This document shows, piece after piece, positions 24,859 through 33,252 of a stretch of 64,000 nt of DNA. The notes below the pieces were generated by a model. That model was not told where the DNA came from. It searched no databases and saw only the letters and a list, made by a program, of their open reading frames with translations. The DNA comes from an uncultured Erysipelotrichaceae bacterium (GTDB taxonomy: Bacteria > Bacillota_I > Bacilli_A > RF39 > UBA660). The position numbers were made by a program, and so were the translations under genes. Each line of letters opens with the position of its first letter. Position 1 is the first letter of the stretch. The DNA lies in NCBI GenBank assembly GCA_902789425.1, contig CADANX010000001.1, forward strand, positions 80,206 through 144,205. The letters are read 5' to 3'.

Positions 24859-25725
24859 ATGATAGATTTACATGTACACTCTGTATACTCTGATGGTTTT
24901 TTGACAGTCGAAGAATTAATTGATAATGCAAGAAGCAATGAAGTGAATATTATGTCAATAACTGATCACGATACTACTTTAGGTGTAGAAGAGTATAGTA
25001 AAAATATTAGAGATGATATTATAGTTATTCCTGGAGTAGAGTTTTCTACTGATACATATTATTTAGGTAAAAAGACTAAGATACATATGTTAGGTTATGG
25101 ATATAAAGTATATGATAAATTAATTAATAAAGTATTAAGTGATTTATATCAAAGACATTATAATGATAATAAAGGATATATAGAAGAATTAATAACTAAA
25201 TTTAATTATTTAAGTAATGAATTCTTTATAGATTTTAATTACGGTAAAAGTGGATGGTTATATAAACATATTTTAAATTGTGTTAATGAATATTTAAGTA
25301 AAGAAGAATTAGAAGAACTAAGAGAATACTTAGTTAATAATAAACCTAATTATAATAAATATAATGAAGATGTATGTGATGTTATTAAACTAATGAAAAG
25401 TATTGGTGGCTATGCAGTATTTGCACATCCTCAAAAATGTAATTTAACTAAAGAAGAATTAAGTATATTAGTTAAGTATTTAACTGATAATGGATTAGAC
25501 GGATTAGAAACATATCATATAGATTCTATTAGTAGTGATAGAAAGATAATTCATGACCTTGCATTAGAATATGGTTTATATGAAACTGGTGGAAGTGACT
25601 TCCATAGTTTCATATATGGAAATGGTGTTGGAGATACTAATATTAAATTTCCAGAAAATTATGATCCTTTACTAGTTAAAAGATTAATAAAAGAAAATAA
25701 GGTGTTGGGTGGTAAAAATGAATAA
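24859..25725 (+). CDS. PHP-domain metal-dependent phosphoesterase (TrpH/YciV-like)
   Basis: N-terminal 'IDLHVHSVYSDG...MSITDHDT', then 'FAHPQ' and 'GGSDFHS'. These are the characteristic PHP His/Asp metal ligands. Confidence 0.75.
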   Translation: MIDLHVHSVYSDGFLTVEELIDNARSNEVNIMSITDHDTTLGVEEYSKNIRDDIIVIPGVEFSTDTYYLGKKTKIHMLGYGYKVYDKLINKVLSDLYQRHYNDNKGYIEELITKFNYLSNEFFIDFNYGKSGWLYKHILNCVNEYLSKEELEELREYLVNNKPNYNKYNEDVCDVIKLMKSIGGYAVFAHPQKCNLTKEELSILVKYLTDNGLDGLETYHIDSISSDRKIIHDLALEYGLYETGGSDFHSFIYGNGVGDTNIKFPENYDPLLVKRLIKENKVLGGKNE

Positions 25726-26653
25726 TAAATTAATATTAGATATTTATAATAAGAAATATTTATTACCTATTTATTCTGGTTCTTTAGCTATAGAAGGAGT
25801 TTTAAGAAGTTTAAATTTAAATAGTAATGATAAAGTATTAATAACTAATGTAGTATGTCATAGTATTTTACAATCTATATTAAACGCTAATTTAACCCCA
25901 GTGATAGCAATACCAAGTAATGGTTTAACTTTGTCTAAAAAAGAAATTAAGGATATTGTTAAAAAAGAAAATATTAAGGTATTTATAGCAGTTCATCAAT
26001 ATGGATATGAACAAGAAATAATTAAAATAAAAGATTTAATAGTTATAGAAGATATTGCTCAGGCTTGGAACATTGTTTTAAGTGATGGATATGTAGGTAA
26101 GTATAGTGATTATATTGTTACATCTTTAGGTAAGAGTAAGGAGTTATGTAATGGTATTGGAGGACTTATTATATCTGATATTTATTTTATTAATAATTTT
26201 GATATTAAGAAAAGAGAATGTAGAAATAGTAATTCTAAGTTATTAGAATATTATTATCCAATAGATATTAATTATAAAAAATTATTAAAAATCGGTAATA
26301 GGAATGTTAAAAGAAATAGAAAAAATGCTAAGTATTATAAAAATATATTTAGTAAATATAATTTTATAAAGTTAGTTAATGAGAATAATAGTATTCCTAG
26401 TTATCATAGATTTTTAATTTATGTAAGTGATAAATATTATGAAGATATTATATATATATTAGATAAATGTAATATTAAATATCAAAAAGAATATAAAGAT
26501 AAATTAGATAATATTAATTTAGTTAAGAATAATAGGATAAAAGTTATTGGTAGTAATAATAGTAATGATAAATGTTTATTATTTAGAACTAATAATAGTT
26601 ATTTTAATATTAAAAAGTTAGAAAGGGAGTTGGTGAAGTATTATGGATCCTAA
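25718..26653 (+). CDS. divergent DegT/DnrJ/EryC1/StrS-like PLP-fold protein (possibly degenerate)
   Basis: 'SGSLAIEGVLRSLNL..DKVLITNVVCHSILQSI' resembles the N-terminal region of sugar aminotransferases. 'VTSLGKSKEL' is a candidate PLP-Lys segment. Overall similarity is weak, and the protein is shorter than gene 27602-28756. Confidence 0.4.
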   Translation: MNNKLILDIYNKKYLLPIYSGSLAIEGVLRSLNLNSNDKVLITNVVCHSILQSILNANLTPVIAIPSNGLTLSKKEIKDIVKKENIKVFIAVHQYGYEQEIIKIKDLIVIEDIAQAWNIVLSDGYVGKYSDYIVTSLGKSKELCNGIGGLIISDIYFINNFDIKKRECRNSNSKLLEYYYPIDINYKKLLKIGNRNVKRNRKNAKYYKNIFSKYNFIKLVNENNSIPSYHRFLIYVSDKYYEDIIYILDKCNIKYQKEYKDKLDNINLVKNNRIKVIGSNNSNDKCLLFRTNNSYFNIKKLERELVKYYGS

Positions 26654-27590
26654 GATTATGTATGTAAGAGTATCTGAAAATTGTAATTCACATTGTTTTA
26701 TGTGTCATTTTGCAGGTACTAGTAACGCTTTAAATATAAGTGATGAACAATATGATAAGTTATTAAATCATATGAAAAAGAAAAATTATAAGATGATTAG
26801 ATTTACTGGAGGAGAACCATTACTACATAAGAATATTATAGAGTTTATTAAGAAAGCTAAAGAGATTGGTGTTAAAGCATCTATTATTACTAATGGATAC
26901 TTATTACCTTTATATGTAGATAAGTTATTAAAAGTAGGTTTAGATGAATGTATTATTAGTTTAGATGGTTCTTGTAGTGAAGTACATGATAGTTTAAGAA
27001 ACTTTCCAGGATGTTTTGATAATATTATTAAGGGTATTAAATTATTAAAAGAAAAAGACATTATTATAAGAGTAAATACAGTAGTAAGTGGTAAAAATAT
27101 TTCAGATATTTGTAATATATATGATTTATTAATTAATTTAGGAGTAGATCAATGGTCTATTATTCCTGTTAAGTATAAAGAAAATTTATGGAATGAAGAT
27201 AGTATTAATTACTATAGAGAATTTGTAGATAAAGTTAAGGATTCTAATGATATTAAATTCTTAGGTTATTCTAAAAACTTTGCTGGTTTAAGTGATGAAG
27301 AGATAAAAGATACTTTTGATAATAATAGTAGATTAAGTATTAAAGATAATTGTAAGGTAGTTGATAATGTTAGATTCTATATTCCCGATAAAGATGTATT
27401 AGTACCATGTAATTGTGTTTCTCATAGACTAAAGGAATTACCTTTTAGTATTACTGGTGATATGGAAGAAGTTTGTGAGAAGATAAGATTATGGTTAAAG
27501 GAAAATAATTGTAGTTGTAAATGTGAACCATTAAATGTTTATATTAATGATCATCCAGAAATAATGGATGAAGATGAAATATTATATTAA
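26643..27590 (+). CDS. radical SAM enzyme with C-terminal Cys-rich extension
   Basis: CX3CX2C 'CNSHCFMCHF' lies near the N-terminus, and 'FTGGEPLLH' is present. Additional Cys residues occur in 'PCNCVSH' and 'NNCSCKCEP', which could hold an auxiliary cluster. Confidence 0.8.
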   Translation: MDPKIMYVRVSENCNSHCFMCHFAGTSNALNISDEQYDKLLNHMKKKNYKMIRFTGGEPLLHKNIIEFIKKAKEIGVKASIITNGYLLPLYVDKLLKVGLDECIISLDGSCSEVHDSLRNFPGCFDNIIKGIKLLKEKDIIIRVNTVVSGKNISDICNIYDLLINLGVDQWSIIPVKYKENLWNEDSINYYREFVDKVKDSNDIKFLGYSKNFAGLSDEEIKDTFDNNSRLSIKDNCKVVDNVRFYIPDKDVLVPCNCVSHRLKELPFSITGDMEEVCEKIRLWLKENNCSCKCEPLNVYINDHPEIMDEDEILY

Positions 27591-27601
27591 GGGGTGAAGT
27601 T

Positions 27602-28756
27602 ATGATTAATCCAAATGAATATGGAAGTTTATTATTTGATGATAAGGAGAAGGAATATTTAAGTAATGTTATAGATTCTAGAAGAATATTTAGATATTCT
27701 AGAACAGATTATCCTTATACTAAAATGTGTGAAGAAAAGATATGTGAGTTAGTTAATTCTAAATATGCGTTATGTACTACTAATGGAACTTCTTCTTTAA
27801 AAAGTGCTATGGTAGGAGCTGGTGTTAGTTATGGTGATAGAGTATTAATAAGTTCTTATACTTTCTTAGCTACAGCACTTTCTGCAATTGCATTAGGAGC
27901 AACTGCAGTACCTATTGATGTAGATTTAGATTATGGACTTAATTTAGAAGATTTGGAAAATGAAATAAAAAAAGGATGTAAGGCAGTAGTTGCAGTACAT
28001 TTTCAAGGAAGAACTTTTGATTTAAGTAAGGTAGTTGAGTTATGCAAAAAATATAATGTTATGTTAATAGAAGATGCTTGCCAAGCATTTGGATCTAAAT
28101 ATAAAGATACTTATGCTGGTACTTTTGGAGATATAGGAGTATATAGTTTTCAACAATTTAAACAAATTACTTGTGGTGAAGGTGGTTGCTGTGTAACTAA
28201 TAATGAAGCTGTTTTTAATAGAATGAGAAATTATACTGATATGGGCTCTACTAGAGATAGATTTCCTTCTTGGAATAGTGAAGAAGCATTATTTGGTGAA
28301 AATTATAGAATGAACAATTTATGTTCTGCAGTACTTTATTCACAACTTGAAAAGTTAGATGATGTTATTTTAAGACAACGAAAGTCTAGAAGTAATATCA
28401 TGAGTAAGTTAAGTAATATAAATAATATATTAACAAGTAAAGATAGTAGTGGAGATACTTGTATGAATATAGTTATTATATTAAATGATAAAAACAATAA
28501 AGAAGATGTTATCAATTATGGTAAAGAATTAGATATTGAATTTAGAAATATGTGGTCTTCTTTATATTATGATAATGATTTATTTAGAAGAAATAATTTA
28601 ACTTCTATAGATATAAAGAATAACGAATGCAGTTATACTAAAGATTTAATAGAGAAAATGTTAGTTATTTCTATTCCACCAATATTAAGTAGTGATGATG
28701 AAGATATAATTGTTAATGCTATTAATGGTATTAAGGAGAAAGGGTATTTATCATGA
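27602..28756 (+). CDS. DegT/DnrJ/EryC1/StrS-family PLP-dependent (amino)sugar aminotransferase
   Basis: 'CTTNGTSSLKSAMVGAGVSYGDRVLISSYTFLATA', 'LIEDACQAFGS' and 'YSFQQFKQITCGEGG' (PLP-Lys context) are present. Confidence 0.8.
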   Translation: MINPNEYGSLLFDDKEKEYLSNVIDSRRIFRYSRTDYPYTKMCEEKICELVNSKYALCTTNGTSSLKSAMVGAGVSYGDRVLISSYTFLATALSAIALGATAVPIDVDLDYGLNLEDLENEIKKGCKAVVAVHFQGRTFDLSKVVELCKKYNVMLIEDACQAFGSKYKDTYAGTFGDIGVYSFQQFKQITCGEGGCCVTNNEAVFNRMRNYTDMGSTRDRFPSWNSEEALFGENYRMNNLCSAVLYSQLEKLDDVILRQRKSRSNIMSKLSNINNILTSKDSSGDTCMNIVIILNDKNNKEDVINYGKELDIEFRNMWSSLYYDNDLFRRNNLTSIDIKNNECSYTKDLIEKMLVISIPPILSSDDEDIIVNAINGIKEKGYLS

Positions 28757-29682
28757 TTATAGAGAGTATAAGTAGTAAGGAATATTTTGATATTGTAAGT
28801 AAGTTAGATTATATTCCTATATATAGTGATATAGAAGCAATTAATATTTATTCTAATAAAGAATTTATTAAAGTTAGCAAGAATGATAATGTTATTGCTG
28901 TAATGTTAGTACCTATTGATAATAGTGGAGTTAGAAGAGAATATAGATATTTCCCTTATATTAATCCTATATTTTTAGAAGAAGTAAATAATGTAAGTAA
29001 GAAAAATGTATTAAAGTTAATTTTTAATTATTTATTTAAGAAATATGATTATACTTTTATACCTTTACATCCTTCATTTAAATTGATTTCATCAATTCAA
29101 AGTGAAGGTGGTTTAGTAGAAATGAGACATACTCATATTACTAATACTAAATTAACTTTAGATAATGTATCATCTAAGTTAAGAAATCATATTAGAAGTG
29201 CAGAAAAGAATGTTCAAGTTTTAATAGATAGAGATTATAGTAATTTTAGTTTTGTGGATGCAATTAAAGGCAATAGTGATGAAGTAACAAAGAGAAGTAA
29301 GCTAACTAAGAAATTAATTGATAATGGTAAAGGTATTGTTGTTAAAGCATTTGTTGATGGAGAAGTAAAAGCTGGAGTTATTTGTGTATATGATAAAGAA
29401 TGGTCTTATTTATTACATTCCTATCAAGATAAAAGTATTAGAGGAGTTATTCCTTTACTTATATTAAAAGCTAATGAATATTTATTTGATAAAGTTGGTA
29501 TTAAGTATTTTGATTTTGAGGGTAGTGTTATAGATGAAATTGATGATTTTTTTTCAAGTTTTAATGTAGATATTATTAATTATCCTTATGTTATAGAAGC
29601 AAATACACAGGATAAATTGTATAATTTAATTAATAGAAGTATGAATATAGAAGGAAGGATTAAGTATTATGAAGATAAGTAG
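28753..29682 (+). CDS. FemAB / Acetyltransf_6-like GNAT-fold transferase
   Basis: 'SSKLRNHIRSAEKNVQV' and 'GEVKAGVICVYDKEWSYLLHSYQD...IKYFDFEG' follow the pattern of FemAB/BioF2-like GNAT proteins. The ATG overlaps the previous TGA (ATGA). Confidence 0.45.
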   Translation: MIIESISSKEYFDIVSKLDYIPIYSDIEAINIYSNKEFIKVSKNDNVIAVMLVPIDNSGVRREYRYFPYINPIFLEEVNNVSKKNVLKLIFNYLFKKYDYTFIPLHPSFKLISSIQSEGGLVEMRHTHITNTKLTLDNVSSKLRNHIRSAEKNVQVLIDRDYSNFSFVDAIKGNSDEVTKRSKLTKKLIDNGKGIVVKAFVDGEVKAGVICVYDKEWSYLLHSYQDKSIRGVIPLLILKANEYLFDKVGIKYFDFEGSVIDEIDDFFSSFNVDIINYPYVIEANTQDKLYNLINRSMNIEGRIKYYEDK

Positions 29683-30709
29683 TAGAGAGTTTAATAATAT
29701 TAAAGAAGGAAAACAAGTTTATATAGTTAGTGATGATAATAGTTATGATAATAAAGATATAGTATTACTTGAAAGTAATGATGATACTTTAGAAGTAGAA
29801 ATTACTATTAAGTATAAATATAATAGTTTAGAAGACTGTTTTAATTTATTACCATTTGATTTATTTGGGTTTGAAACTCAAGAAGAGGCATTAGATTATT
29901 ATAAAGATATTAATGATATTATAGTTTATCGTATTAAAGTAGATAATGATAGAAAGTTAGAAGATAATTTAGATGATGAAATATTAGATTTAATTGATGT
30001 TTCTTCTATTGTAAAAAATAATGTTGGCCACAGTGCTAGTGAAGTTTATGAATTAAAGTTAAAAGATGGAACTGAAGCTATTTTAAAAGTACAATATTTA
30101 AGTAGTAGAAATGATTTAAAAGGTGAATATGAAAGAAATAAATGGTTAGAAGATAAATTAAATGTACCTAAAGTATTTTGTTTTAAAGAAATAAATAAAG
30201 TTCAATATTATTTAAGAGAAAAGAGTATTGGAGTATCTGTTCATAAAGTTGATAATTTTGCTCCATTAGTAGGAGAAAATTTAAAAGAAATACATAGTGT
30301 AGATATAAGTGATTGTCCATTTGATAATAATGATACTTTAAAATTATTAGATATTGCATTATCTAAGATAGATATTATATTACCTAATATTATAGAATTA
30401 TACCCTGATATGAATAAAGAAAGTATCATAGAATTCTTAAAAAATAAAAGACCTCTTGATAGAGTATTAGTACATGGTGATTACAGTCTACCTAATATAT
30501 TAGTAGATGTGGATAGAACAGTAAGTTTAATTGATTTAGGAGATGTAAGTATTTCTACTAAGTATTTCGATTTATATTATTTAAGAAAAAGTTTTAATAG
30601 AAATAAAAAAATGGATTATTTTAATGAATTTTTAGAAAGTTATGGTTTATCTAGTTTAGATGATGATTCTATGAAATGGATGGACATTATTGATAAGGTA
30701 TTATACTAA
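29669..30709 (+). CDS. fusion protein: N-terminal ASCH-like domain + C-terminal APH-family (aminoglycoside phosphotransferase-type) kinase
   Basis: The N-terminal ~95 aa ('FNNIKEGKQVYIV...LEVEITIKYKYNSLEDCFNLLP...GFETQEEALDYY...IIVYRIKV') are ASCH-like. The C-terminal part has 'AILKVQ', the catalytic 'VLVHGDYSLPNILVD' and 'SLIDLGDVSIS', as in APH(3')-type kinases. Confidence 0.7.
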   Translation: MKISSREFNNIKEGKQVYIVSDDNSYDNKDIVLLESNDDTLEVEITIKYKYNSLEDCFNLLPFDLFGFETQEEALDYYKDINDIIVYRIKVDNDRKLEDNLDDEILDLIDVSSIVKNNVGHSASEVYELKLKDGTEAILKVQYLSSRNDLKGEYERNKWLEDKLNVPKVFCFKEINKVQYYLREKSIGVSVHKVDNFAPLVGENLKEIHSVDISDCPFDNNDTLKLLDIALSKIDIILPNIIELYPDMNKESIIEFLKNKRPLDRVLVHGDYSLPNILVDVDRTVSLIDLGDVSISTKYFDLYYLRKSFNRNKKMDYFNEFLESYGLSSLDDDSMKWMDIIDKVLY

Positions 30710-32802
30710 TGATAGTTATAAAAACTATTGATGAGTTAAGTAATTATGAAGAATTAATTAGGGGGTTAAAAATTAATAATTATCAACAAACTTATGAAAA
30801 TATTTATTCTATTTATTTATCTAATGATAGTGCTATTAGTTTTTTAGATAAAGATATGTTTACTGTATTAACTAAAAGAGATGATAATATTTATGAATGT
30901 CCTTTAAATATAGAACCTATAATAAATTCTAATAATCCTAAAAATGAATTATTAGAGTTTATAAATGATATTAAAGATTATTTAGGAAAGATTATTTATT
31001 TTTCTTTAGTATATGAAGATTCCAACTTTTATAAATTATTAAATAATGATTTATATACTTATGATAGATTATATACTTCAATATGTGATTATAGTAAGAT
31101 AGATAATATTTTAGATAGAGTATTAAGCAGTGAAAAAGTTCATTATTCTAATAGAAATGTTAAGAAGTTTAAGAATAATTTATATATTAAATATTATAGT
31201 AATATTGATCCTACTGATATTATTGTTAGTATTGAAAAGGATAGTTGGAAGAATATTGCTAAGCAAGATATGATTAATAAGAAAGAACAATTATTATATT
31301 ATTCTTCTTTAGTTAAGTTAGGTGTTGCTAATATAGCAGTATCATATATGAAAGATAGTAATGATATAGTATCTTATAGATTAGAAACTATTTATAATAA
31401 TAAGGTACATGTTTTAAAGAATTCTTTTAGAGAAAAATATAAGAAATATTCTCCTGGATCTTATATGTTAATTAGTGATTTATATAATAATTATAAAGAT
31501 TATAATTATGTAGATTTATATGGTGGACCAGGTTTAGTTAAAGATATGATAGAAACTAGAAGAGTTAATAGATATGATATGTTAATAGGAGAAGAAGATA
31601 TTATTAAGGATCTTGAAGTAAGAAGAAAAAGATGGGATTTAAAAAATTATAGTAATTTTTTAAATGATAAATCTATTAAATATATCTTTAATAAGAAAGA
31701 AAATATATTAGCTGTTACTAGTTGTTTTGGATTAGGTCCAGTTGGTAAGTTAAGTGCTATTGTTGAGACTAGTAAAAATGATTTTAATTGGTATGCATCT
31801 GGAGAAGAATTTGATATAAATATTTTTAATGATAAGAATATATTTATAGATAAATGTTTTACGATGGATAAAGAGATATTAAAGGAATTTTTAGATAAAT
31901 ATAATATTAAGTATGCTTTAGTAGTACTAAAAAATAAAATGGCCCGTTTATTACTTGAATTAGGAATTAAAGTTATATATGTAGACAGTTTACCTTTTAT
32001 GTGGAGTATGGAAGATGCTAATAGTGGTAAGGTACCATATAATGTAGATTGTTATTGTGCACAAAAAACTATTGAATTATCAAGCATCTCAAAAGAAATA
32101 TTTAGTAAAGTTAAAAATTTAGTTTGGGTAGATCCAATTGTTAATAAGAATAATATTAATTTAAGTAATAAGAAAAGTAATTATATATTAGTTAATATTG
32201 GAGGATTACATTCTCCTAGTACTAATGGATATGATTATGTAGATGTTGTTATAAAAAATTTAATTAGGATATATAAAGATTATAAGATTATTATTACTAC
32301 TTCTTTAAAATCATCTATTTATTTAAAAGAAGATTTAAAAGAATATAGTAATGTAGATGTTAAAACATTGAAACAAAGAGAATTTTTTCAGTATATAAAT
32401 AATGCTAAGTTATTTATTACTAGTCCTGGTTTAACGACGATATTAGAAAGTAGAAATATTATTGATAAGGTAGTATTTTTACCTCCACAGAATATAAGTC
32501 AGTTTTATAATGTAGAATATGGTAAAAAGATATTTAAATATTATAAGGAGTTAACATGGAATAATAATAAATTAACTATAGTTGGTTTAAATAAATATTT
32601 AGAGTTAGATGAACATGGTGTTATTGAAGTAATAAATAATGAAATAAGTAAGATGAGTAATGAAAGTGAAAAAGAAACTTATATGAATTATATGAAAAAT
32701 ATTTTAGATAGTTATTATATAGAAAATAAAGATAATGATAATATAACTTTTAATGGAGTTAATGAAGTTATAGAAAATATAAAGAAAGTAATGGGGGAAT
32801 AA
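30709..32802 (+). CDS. fusion protein: Acetyltransf_6/FemAB-like GNAT domain + C-terminal GT-B glycosyltransferase-like domain
   Basis: The N-terminal half has 'EKDSWKN', 'VSYRLETIYNNKVHVLKNSF', 'KYSPGSYML' and 'YVDLYGG' (CelD/BioF2-like GNAT pattern). The C-terminal half has 'YILVNIGGLHSP', 'LFITSPGLTTILES' and 'VVFLPPQNISQFYN', reminiscent of the MurG/GT28-type C-terminal domain. Confidence 0.45.
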   Translation: MIVIKTIDELSNYEELIRGLKINNYQQTYENIYSIYLSNDSAISFLDKDMFTVLTKRDDNIYECPLNIEPIINSNNPKNELLEFINDIKDYLGKIIYFSLVYEDSNFYKLLNNDLYTYDRLYTSICDYSKIDNILDRVLSSEKVHYSNRNVKKFKNNLYIKYYSNIDPTDIIVSIEKDSWKNIAKQDMINKKEQLLYYSSLVKLGVANIAVSYMKDSNDIVSYRLETIYNNKVHVLKNSFREKYKKYSPGSYMLISDLYNNYKDYNYVDLYGGPGLVKDMIETRRVNRYDMLIGEEDIIKDLEVRRKRWDLKNYSNFLNDKSIKYIFNKKENILAVTSCFGLGPVGKLSAIVETSKNDFNWYASGEEFDINIFNDKNIFIDKCFTMDKEILKEFLDKYNIKYALVVLKNKMARLLLELGIKVIYVDSLPFMWSMEDANSGKVPYNVDCYCAQKTIELSSISKEIFSKVKNLVWVDPIVNKNNINLSNKKSNYILVNIGGLHSPSTNGYDYVDVVIKNLIRIYKDYKIIITTSLKSSIYLKEDLKEYSNVDVKTLKQREFFQYINNAKLFITSPGLTTILESRNIIDKVVFLPPQNISQFYNVEYGKKIFKYYKELTWNNNKLTIVGLNKYLELDEHGVIEVINNEISKMSNESEKETYMNYMKNILDSYYIENKDNDNITFNGVNEVIENIKKVMGE

Positions 32803-32803
32803 T

Positions 32804-33250
32804 ATGAAAATTTATTTAGCAAGTCCTATATCAAAATATGTTAGAAATGGTATGGATAAAGATTATACGGAAACTATTGATAAGGTATATGAATTATTAT
32901 GTAAGCATGGAGAAGTTTATTATCCACTAAAAAAAGAAGCTTATGGAGAAGATAAGACAACAGGATCTGGAGAAGTTTGTACTAAAGTTGATTTTGATAA
33001 AGTTAATGAAGCAGATTTAATTGTTGCTTTTCCAGAAGATTCACAAGGTGTATCAGTTGAAATGGGTTGGGCCAGTTCAGCTAAAAAGAATGTATTAATA
33101 TTTATTGATAAGAATTATCATCAATCTGAATTAATTAGATTTATTGATACTGTAACACCTGCAGTTAAAGCAAATATTAATACTTGTGATGGTTATAAAA
33201 AACAAGAAAAAGAAATATTAGATGCAATAAATAAATATTTTGGAGAATAA
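32804..33250 (+). CDS. nucleoside 2-deoxyribosyltransferase-family protein (possible nucleotide N-glycosidase, BlsM/MilB-like)
   Basis: 148 aa with 'MKIYLASPIS', 'EADLIVAFPED' and 'GVSVEMGWA' (candidate catalytic Glu). This is the typical Nuc_deoxyrib_tr pattern. Confidence 0.65.
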   Translation: MKIYLASPISKYVRNGMDKDYTETIDKVYELLCKHGEVYYPLKKEAYGEDKTTGSGEVCTKVDFDKVNEADLIVAFPEDSQGVSVEMGWASSAKKNVLIFIDKNYHQSELIRFIDTVTPAVKANINTCDGYKKQEKEILDAINKYFGE

Positions 33251-33252
33251 TT

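Noticed and set aside
26643-27590. I considered whether the radical SAM protein is a prokaryotic viperin (antiviral ddhNTP synthase).
   Set aside because: The N-terminal cluster context ('VSENCNSHCFMCHF') and the rest of the sequence do not resemble the viperin signature blocks I know. The neighbours are sugar-tailoring-type enzymes rather than nucleotide kinases. I cannot exclude it without a profile search.
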